A program made the translations under genes and the position numbers. DNA of 24,000 bases from Ignavibacteriales bacterium (lineage in GTDB: Bacteria; Bacteroidota; Ignavibacteria; Ignavibacteriales; Ignavibacteriaceae), in NCBI GenBank assembly GCA_044507695.1, contig JBIQJD010000010.1:79455-103454 (forward strand). Reading direction: 5' to 3'. Positions 18,191 to 24,000 of this stretch are shown piece by piece. The notes under the pieces were generated by a model. The model saw only the letters and a program-made list of their open reading frames with translations. It searched no databases and was not told the origin of the DNA. The first letter of the stretch is position 1. The number at the start of each line of letters is the position of its first letter.

Positions 18191-19036
18191 TCATTTTTTC
18201 AAATATTTATCAAACCAATTTTTAGTCAATTCAGAAACTTCAGCTCTGTGGTTTTTCAGGTAATGATCTCCCTTTTCAAATATCACAAGCCGGTAAGTAA
18301 ATTTCAGATTGTTAAACTTTTTTGCCATTTCAATTGATTGTGTAACCGGAACGGTTTCATCAGCTCCGCCATGCATCAGCAGATATGGAATGTCAGGCAA
18401 TTTTTCAGCTTTACTGATGATTGTTCGTTTTTCAAGTTCTTCAAGATATTTTTCTTCACCGAGCATTTCCTTATAATAAGGCGCCAGTCGCTCACTTGAT
18501 TCGGCATATTGTTTTATGTTTGAGAGTCCTCCGGTAATAACCGCACACTTAAAATCCGGATTTTTTAATAATACCAGATAGCTCATCATTCCGCCGCGGC
18601 TCCAGCCTTCAATGCCCCATTTATCTCTATCAGCAAATGAAAATTCATCCGCAAGCGGTTTTAAATTCAAAATATCATTTACATCATCTCCGCCGATTTG
18701 TTCTTTGCCTTCTCCGCCGTCATTCCCTCTGTATTGTGAAGTGAAAACCATATAACCCCAGCTTGCAATATTGCCAAACATTCCACGCGCAGTAAAATGA
18801 TCAATAGCGCCTTTATTTTCGTATCCCCCGCGGTTCCAGATTATACATGGTATTTTTTCTGCGGGTATATTTTTTGGATAGGCAATGTAACCTTTTACTT
18901 TTAATCCATCTGATAAATAAGTAATCTTTTCAACCACAGAATTTTCAATTGCTTCTTCACCCCATCCGCTGATTAGCATTTTAATCTGAGATGAGCTTAA
19001 CTTTACTTCATTCCGCTGAATAATATTCGAACTCAT
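18191..19036 (-). CDS. alpha/beta hydrolase, S9 prolyl-oligopeptidase / dienelactone-hydrolase-like, cytoplasmic
   Basis: Nucleophile elbow IEGWSRGGMMSY, acid in LMHGGADETV and His in EKGDHYL, in the canonical Ser-Asp-His order. No signal peptide. Confidence 0.8.
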   Translation of the reverse strand: MSSNIIQRNEVKLSSSQIKMLISGWGEEAIENSVVEKITYLSDGLKVKGYIAYPKNIPAEKIPCIIWNRGGYENKGAIDHFTARGMFGNIASWGYMVFTSQYRGNDGGEGKEQIGGDDVNDILNLKPLADEFSFADRDKWGIEGWSRGGMMSYLVLLKNPDFKCAVITGGLSNIKQYAESSERLAPYYKEMLGEEKYLEELEKRTIISKAEKLPDIPYLLMHGGADETVPVTQSIEMAKKFNNLKFTYRLVIFEKGDHYLKNHRAEVSELTKNWFDKYLKK

Positions 19037-19198
19037 AATTTTCCTTTTTGAATACCTAAATATAAATCTAAATTCTCATTTAATTTTTGATTTGCAGAGG
19101 AGGGGTTAATTAAAGTAAGTTATTTTTGCCATTAAGATGGATCGAAGCAGATTTGCCTCTTTAATTGAAATTACATAATTGAAGCGGCAATAGTATTA

Positions 19199-19375
19199 CT
19201 AAATAATTATTGATGAGTTTTGCATATTCTCCAATCCTACAATCTGTACCTGCCTCATCTCCAAATAAGCCATGGGAATTGCAGCTCCGGCATTGATTCC
19301 AAGACTAACCTTCTTTTGAGGAAATGCAGCAATACTGATGGCAATAAAAATTAATATTGTTAAAAAATTTTTCAT
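19199..19375 (-). CDS. 58-aa ORF below the ORF-track cutoff: signal peptide plus the first strand of an outer-membrane beta-barrel-like protein (small protein or gene remnant)
   Basis: My own translation is MKNFLTILIFIAISIAAFPQKKVSLGINAGAAIPMAYLEMRQVQIVGLENMQNSSIII*. AAGGAA lies 6 nt upstream of the ATG. The first ~34 aa look like the start of a small OMP/porin-family protein, but the ORF stops far too early. Confidence 0.25.
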   Translation of the reverse strand: MKNFLTILIFIAISIAAFPQKKVSLGINAGAAIPMAYLEMRQVQIVGLENMQNSSIII

Positions 19376-19551
19376 AAGAGATTCCTTATTTTATTAACGT
19401 AATTAGTTAGAACTACGCTCCGGAATTAATATATTTCGGAAGTGATTTCGTTCAGAATAAAAAGTAATTAGTTTTATAGAAGGTTGAATTATTTTGAACT
19501 TGCAGATTATATAGTAAAGAAGCAACAACTTTATCTTATTAGTTAATTAAA

Positions 19552-20070
19552 ATGAAGAAGATGAGAAAAGAAAATTTTTTTGAAAAGAATAAAACGGCGG
19601 CAATAATTTTTGGTATAACATTAGCCGGAGCAATTATCCTTTTAATTTTTTATTCAGATATTTTTGATAAGAAAGAAAAATCGGATGAATACATGTTTAA
19701 GAAAGAAGGTGAACTTGTAATTTCAGATTCAACCGGTAATGTAAAAGCAAAGCTTGAAATAGAAATTGCCGATACGGATTTTGACAGGCAGCTCGGGTTA
19801 ATGTTCAGAAGAGAAATGAAAATGAACCAGGGAATGCTGTTTGTATTTCTTACAGAAGAAATTCAATCATTCTGGATGCGTAATACATATCTGCCGCTTG
19901 ATATTCTTTTTATAAATTCTGAAAAGAAGATAGTTACAATTCATAAAAATACTGTGCCGCTTTCTGATGAATCCTATCCATCTTCAGAAGCGGCAAAATA
20001 TGTACTTGAAGTAAATGCGGGATTTACAGACAGGTATAATATCTCAACAGGAGATATAATTAATTTTTAG
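19552..20070 (+). CDS. DUF192 (COG1430) domain protein with an N-terminal membrane anchor
   Basis: TM segment AAIIFGITLAGAIILLIF. DUF192 core motifs are present: IADTDFDRQLGLMFRREMKMNQGMLFVF, FWMRNTYLPLDILFI and YVLEVNAGF. Confidence 0.8.
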   Translation: MKKMRKENFFEKNKTAAIIFGITLAGAIILLIFYSDIFDKKEKSDEYMFKKEGELVISDSTGNVKAKLEIEIADTDFDRQLGLMFRREMKMNQGMLFVFLTEEIQSFWMRNTYLPLDILFINSEKKIVTIHKNTVPLSDESYPSSEAAKYVLEVNAGFTDRYNISTGDIINF

Positions 20071-20088
20071 AAACTGAAAATTATTCGT

Positions 20089-20319
20089 TTATTTCCATTC
20101 AGTTTCGTCTTCATACCAGCAGGATTTATCCACCAATGTATCAGCTACATCCAAATTGATAGCAAGTTTTTTGTGCGCTTCATCTTTAACCGGATAAATT
20201 ACAATCTTATCTTCAAATATCTGAAGATCAACATATTTATCCATGCTGCATTGTTCAAGAATTATTTTTGGAATGCAGATACCGGTAGATTTCCCCATCT
20301 TTACTATTTTTGTTCTCAT
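20089..20319 (-). CDS. AbrB/MazE/SpoVT-family protein (MazE-like antitoxin fold), 76 aa, with no adjacent toxin gene
   Basis: I prefer the start at the internal ATG (20319, preceded by GGGGAAATT). MRTKIVKMGKSTGICIPKIILEQCSMDKYVDLQIFEDKIVIYPVK aligns with the swapped-hairpin domain of E. coli MazE ([24 protein letters not shown]...VKIDLVDGKLIIEPVR). The acidic, Trp-containing tail CWYEDETEWK resembles the toxin-binding tail of MazE. Confidence 0.65.
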   Translation of the reverse strand: MRTKIVKMGKSTGICIPKIILEQCSMDKYVDLQIFEDKIVIYPVKDEAHKKLAINLDVADTLVDKSCWYEDETEWK

Positions 20320-20445
20320 AATTTCCCCAATAATTTCACACTTCAAAACTAAGCACAAGTAATGATTATTTCAATGCAGATAAAATCAACAGTAATCAAT
20401 CCGGAAATCCAGCAACTGGTATCCAGAAAATATCCTGCTCTGTTT

Positions 20446-21027
20446 CTATCCGTAGAGAGATTCTTCAACCAGCTCACAAATAATATGTGCAACAGTGATG
20501 TGTCCTTCCTGAATACGTTGAGTGTTATCAGAAGGAATAATGATTGACGTATCAACCAGCGATTTCAATTTTCCTCCGCTTCCACCTAAAAAGCCAATCA
20601 CCTTCAAATTCTTTTCATGTGCTTTTTGAACTGCTTTAATTACATTCGGAGAATTTCCGCTCGTTGAAATTGCAAGCAGCACATCACCTTCATTACCCAG
20701 ACCTTCAACCGAACGGGCAAAAACATTTTCAAACCCAATATCATTTCCGCCGGCAGTTAAATTTGATGTATCTGTTGTTAAAGCAAATGCAGGAAGTGCA
20801 GGTCTTTTTATGTTATGACTTAATCTGATTACAAGTTCAGCAGCAATATGCTGGCAGTCTGCCGCACTGCCGCCGTTGCCGCAAAGCAATAATTTATTTT
20901 TATTTCTAAATGCCTTTACAAGCATATCAACAGCGGTTAAAATATCTTCTGTGCATTCATCTTTTATTTTTAACTTTGTTTCAGAACTTTCAACCAATGA
21001 TTGATTTATAAAATTTACTTTATCCAT
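20446..21027 (-). CDS. gmhA: SIS-domain sugar-phosphate isomerase, GmhA (D-sedoheptulose-7-phosphate isomerase)-like
   Basis: LLLCGNGGSAADCQHIAAEL, GNDIGFENVFARSVEGLGNEGDVLLAISTSGNSPNVIKAV and RIQEGHITVAHIICELVE are colinear with E. coli GmhA. I prefer the start at ATG 21027 (MDKVNF...), 7 nt after the upstream stop. The track start at 21090 would overlap the GGGPS gene by 56 nt. Confidence 0.8.
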   Translation of the reverse strand: MDKVNFINQSLVESSETKLKIKDECTEDILTAVDMLVKAFRNKNKLLLCGNGGSAADCQHIAAELVIRLSHNIKRPALPAFALTTDTSNLTAGGNDIGFENVFARSVEGLGNEGDVLLAISTSGNSPNVIKAVQKAHEKNLKVIGFLGGSGGKLKSLVDTSIIIPSDNTQRIQEGHITVAHIICELVEESLYG

Positions 21028-21034
21028 AATAGCC

Positions 21035-21808
21035 TTATTTAACTTTAATTGCTTCAGCGGATTGTGATTTTTTATGTATTGCATCTGCAAAATCTTTTAT
21101 CATATCCCAGTTATTTGCATCCTCCAGAAAATTTCCAATCACAATTATTTTAGCGCCGCTTTCAATTTTTAATTTTGCTTCTGCCGGAGTTTTTATTCCT
21201 CCTCCTACTATTACCGGAATGCTGCAAGTTTCAGTAACCGCTTTTATCATTTCATTTGGAACTGTATTCTCTGCGCCTGAGCCTGCTTCAAGATAAATGA
21301 GTTTCATACCAAGATATTCTCCTGCAAGTGCAGTTGCGGCTGCAATTCCGGTTTTGTTTCTTGGAATAGGGTGGCTTCCGCTCATGTATAACGCGGCGGT
21401 AATTGTACCTGATTCAATTATTATATATCCGGTTGGTATTGCTTCAATATTATACTTTTTGATTAAAGGAGCTGCAACAACGTGTTCACCAATTAAGTAT
21501 TCCGGATTTCTACCACTTATAAGGGAAAGAAATAATATTGCGTGAGCTTCCGGAGAAACTTGATTAACAGAACCGGGAAAAATAATTACCGGAAGCTTGC
21601 TTTGTTTGGCAATATTTGATGTGAAGGAGTGAAAATTACCATTTGTTATTATGCTGCCGCCAATTAAAAATCCATCAACTCCTGAACGGCTGCAGTGATT
21701 TAAGAATTCATCAATTTTATATTCCTCCATTTTATCGGGATCCAATAAAATTAAAAAAGCTGCACCTTTTTCTTCTATTGTATTTATCAGATGATTATAA
21801 ATCTTCAT
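21035..21808 (-). CDS. geranylgeranylglyceryl phosphate synthase family protein (GGGPS/PcrB TIM-barrel prenyltransferase)
   Basis: Family-typical blocks are present: AAFLILLDPDK, GVDGFLIGGS, LPVIIFPGS, ILFLSLISGRNPEYLIG, IYLEAGSGA and IPVIVGGGIKTPAEA (the glycerol-phosphate phosphate-binding loops). The length is 257 aa. Confidence 0.85.
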   Translation of the reverse strand: MKIYNHLINTIEEKGAAFLILLDPDKMEEYKIDEFLNHCSRSGVDGFLIGGSIITNGNFHSFTSNIAKQSKLPVIIFPGSVNQVSPEAHAILFLSLISGRNPEYLIGEHVVAAPLIKKYNIEAIPTGYIIIESGTITAALYMSGSHPIPRNKTGIAAATALAGEYLGMKLIYLEAGSGAENTVPNEMIKAVTETCSIPVIVGGGIKTPAEAKLKIESGAKIIVIGNFLEDANNWDMIKDFADAIHKKSQSAEAIKVK

Positions 21809-22018
21809 GGAGGTGAAATTAATGGCTTAACAGACTACTATTATTAGTTAAAATTAAAGTCTTATGTTAATTAAAAAATAATCAGTTGTAAAGATTTTTT
21901 TTCTTTCCGATTATTTTTATGTTCACTACTAATTAAAATCGATGCTCGACTCAAAAATCTGGTATTATAGACTAACAGTGTACTTGGCTAACTAATTCAC
22001 ATATCAAAAGGTCTGCCG

Positions 22019-23938
22019 ATGAAACGTTTTATATGCAAATATAAAATTTTCTGCATGTTCCTTCTGCTTGGTTCATTAATCAGAGCACAGGAGGATAGAT
22101 TTTTTCCATCAACAGAAGAACTTAAAAAATGGTCTCTTGAACAACTAATGGAAACCGATATAACCATTGTTTCAAAAAATCCCTCACCATGGTTTAAATC
22201 TGCGGCTTCCGTTCAGGTTATTTCAAGCGAAGAAATCCGAAGATCCGGTGCGAGAAGTATTCCTGAAATCCTACAACTGACGACTAAATTTAATGTAGCT
22301 CAATTTAATGAAATTAGGTGGGCAGTTAGTTCGAGAGGATTCAATGACCTTGCAGCTAATAAATTGCAGGTTTTGATTGATGGACGAAGTATATTTAACG
22401 AATGGTTTGCAGGAGTTTCCTGGGAAGCACTTGATATATTATTAGATGATATAGAAAGAATCGAAATTATTAGTGGACCAGGCGGTTCACTCTGGGGTAC
22501 AAATGCAGTAAATGGTATTATAAATATCATTACAAAAGATGCATCACAAACCGCTCGTGAACCATTGTATGTTGAAGCTGAATCTAATTTTGATCAGTTT
22601 ATTTCTGGTGCTATTAGATATAGTAACAGGTTAGGAACTGACGCTGCTTTTAGAATTTATACCAAATATTCGCATTATGACATAACTCCGGCTGCTGTGG
22701 CTGATACATTAAGTTTGCTATGGAACCAATTTCAAACAGGCTTAAGAATGGATGTCAATTTAAGTGAGTCAGATCTTCTTAATATTCAGGGCGATATTTA
22801 TGAATTTAAATCTAATAAGATTGCTGGTGCTCAGGTTAAATATCAGGGCGGAAATATATTTGCAAAATGGAATCACAAAATCTCGGATCGGTCAAATTTT
22901 TCTCTTAAATCATTTTTTGATTATACTCAGCAGCGCGGACTACTTGGAGAGGATTTGACCCGGGGCGATGTTGAATTTCAACACGAAACATATCTGGACC
23001 CCAGTAATCATTTTTCATGGGGATTAGGCTTTAGAATTGCATCAGATCGTTCTGCTAATTTACCTGAAATTGGTTTTCTTCCTGCAAACGCGAAAAACTC
23101 CCAGTATAATGCCTTTATTCAAGATGAGATTTCTTTAACTAACGAATTTAAAGTTACACTTGGAAGTAAATTCATAAAGGATGATTATTCAAAATTTGAT
23201 TTTCAACCGCGAGTACAATTAGCGTACAGTTTATCTGAAACTGATTTTATTTGGGCTGCTGTAACAAGATCTTTAAGGAAAGTTTCCAGATTTGACCGTG
23301 ATTTTTTCTTACCAACTCAGCCTCCCTATATTATAGCTGGTGGTCCTGATTTCGTTTCTGAGAAAGCTATATCCTATGAAGCTGGATTCCGTTCATTACT
23401 GATGCATGATTATTTATTTGATGCCTCATTTTTTTATAATAATTATGATGATCTGCGCAGTGTTGAAATTGATCTTGCAAATCTTCCAGGTACAGTTAGA
23501 AACGGTTTAAGCGGGAAAAGTTATGGTGCAGAAGTATCCATTACTGGTGAAATAAATGATTGGTGGCGCATTAAAACGGCTTATGCATTTTTACAAAAAT
23601 TTATTTACAATTCTGGTGTTGATCTTTATGGTGGTGCGGTTGAAGGTAATGACAGCAAACATCGGGTAATTATTCAATCTTTGATTGATATCACAAAAGA
23701 TATAGAATTTGATCTTCATTTCAGATATTCAAGCAGGCTGCCAAATATTGGTGCAGAAGTACCAGCTTATGCAGCATTAAATGCTCGTTTGGGATGGCAG
23801 CCAAATGATTTTATCAGTTTATCAATTTCAGTTCAAAATGTCTTTCCTAAACGTCATATTGAGTTCTCTTCATTGGTAGACGGAAGTGGAGAAGAAATAG
23901 AAAGACAAGTATTCGGAAAGTTAACATTTTCTTTATGA
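22019..23938 (+). CDS. TonB-dependent outer-membrane receptor (639 aa)
   Basis: Signal peptide MKRFICKYKIFCMFLLLGSLIRA|QE. The plug domain is SLEQLMETDITIVSKNPSPWFKSAASVQVISSEEIRRSGARSIPEILQ...LQVLIDGRSIF...IERIEIISGPGGSLWGTNAVNGIINIITK. The C-terminal barrel region has alternating beta-strand character. Confidence 0.9.
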   Translation: MKRFICKYKIFCMFLLLGSLIRAQEDRFFPSTEELKKWSLEQLMETDITIVSKNPSPWFKSAASVQVISSEEIRRSGARSIPEILQLTTKFNVAQFNEIRWAVSSRGFNDLAANKLQVLIDGRSIFNEWFAGVSWEALDILLDDIERIEIISGPGGSLWGTNAVNGIINIITKDASQTAREPLYVEAESNFDQFISGAIRYSNRLGTDAAFRIYTKYSHYDITPAAVADTLSLLWNQFQTGLRMDVNLSESDLLNIQGDIYEFKSNKIAGAQVKYQGGNIFAKWNHKISDRSNFSLKSFFDYTQQRGLLGEDLTRGDVEFQHETYLDPSNHFSWGLGFRIASDRSANLPEIGFLPANAKNSQYNAFIQDEISLTNEFKVTLGSKFIKDDYSKFDFQPRVQLAYSLSETDFIWAAVTRSLRKVSRFDRDFFLPTQPPYIIAGGPDFVSEKAISYEAGFRSLLMHDYLFDASFFYNNYDDLRSVEIDLANLPGTVRNGLSGKSYGAEVSITGEINDWWRIKTAYAFLQKFIYNSGVDLYGGAVEGNDSKHRVIIQSLIDITKDIEFDLHFRYSSRLPNIGAEVPAYAALNARLGWQPNDFISLSISVQNVFPKRHIEFSSLVDGSGEEIERQVFGKLTFSL

Positions 23939-24000
23939 ACATATTTTTTAAAAAAAGGGTTGCATGGTTTTTAACTGTCCTGATTAGCTGCTGCTGCACT
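23935..24000 (+). CDS. 3'-truncated ORF with a signal or lipoprotein-like N-terminus, start overlapping the receptor stop (ATGA)
   Basis: ATG at 23935 overlaps the TGA at 23936-23938. The translation MNIFFKKRVAWFLTVLISCCCT... runs to the window end. Only 22 codons are visible. Confidence 0.4.
   Translation, partial: MNIFFKKRVAWFLTVLISCCCT

Noticed and set aside
20349-20555. Two overlapping ORFs (20349..20555 minus, 20362..20547 plus) in and around the gap between gmhA and the MazE-like gene. I considered them as the missing toxin.
   Set aside because: Both overlap the conserved 3' end of gmhA in other frames. They show no MazF, PIN or RelE-like motifs and have no Shine-Dalgarno. The plus-strand ORF is on the wrong strand for an operon with the antitoxin.
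21809-22018. Possible riboswitch or metal-box regulatory leader upstream of the TonB-dependent receptor.
   Set aside because: I could not find a B12-box (GCCACTG-like), a TPP CTGAGA core, or a Fur-like 19-bp AT palindrome. The region is simply AT-rich, with short uORFs of 17 codons or fewer.
1-24000. Window-wide look for CRISPR repeats, IS terminal inverted repeats with a transposase, integrase/att sites, rRNA or tRNA genes, and known defence-system hallmarks (nucleases, helicases, NTPases, methyltransferases).
   Set aside because: None found. All large ORFs are accounted for by metabolic, envelope or unknown-function proteins without defence or mobility signatures. The 13-bp inverted repeat at 2333/2829 has no associated transposase, so I do not call it a mobile element.

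Overview
AT-rich, densely coding bacterial chromosomal segment with about 22 credible protein genes on both strands. I found no rRNA, tRNA, CRISPR array, transposase, integrase or phage gene. Most of the content is housekeeping. It includes a 5'-truncated GH13 amylase-family enzyme, a HAD phosphatase, a YpdA-type flavoprotein, the class I aldolase FbaB and a membrane-anchored c-type cytochrome. It also includes a SIMPL protein, a YyaL/DUF255 thioredoxin-domain protein, DUF1330, a complete aceE-aceF-lpdA pyruvate dehydrogenase operon and an S9-like alpha/beta hydrolase. The remaining genes encode DUF192, a GmhA-like SIS isomerase, a GGGPS/PcrB-family prenyltransferase and a TonB-dependent receptor. 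A T9SS C-terminal sorting domain, a Bacteroidetes-style TTG...TAnnTTTG promoter motif and the gene repertoire suggest an FCB-group organism (Ignavibacteria/Bacteroidota-like); this is inference only. I do not see a convincing multi-gene novel system such as a defence island or mobile element. The items most worth a second look are: (1) an archaeal-type GGGPS homologue 7 nt upstream of a GmhA-like isomerase; (2) a 594-aa two-domain protein (GHSGG hydrolase-like N-terminus plus an unassignable C-terminal domain) in an apparent operon with DUF1330; (3) a solitary MazE-like antitoxin gene with no toxin; (4) a Cys/His-rich 68-aa ORF overlapping the GTG start of the HAD gene; (5) a perfect 13-bp inverted repeat bracketing a small secreted-protein gene; (6) a pair of related palindromes upstream of aceE. 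Hand-derived coordinates for hairpins and motifs may be off by a base or two.
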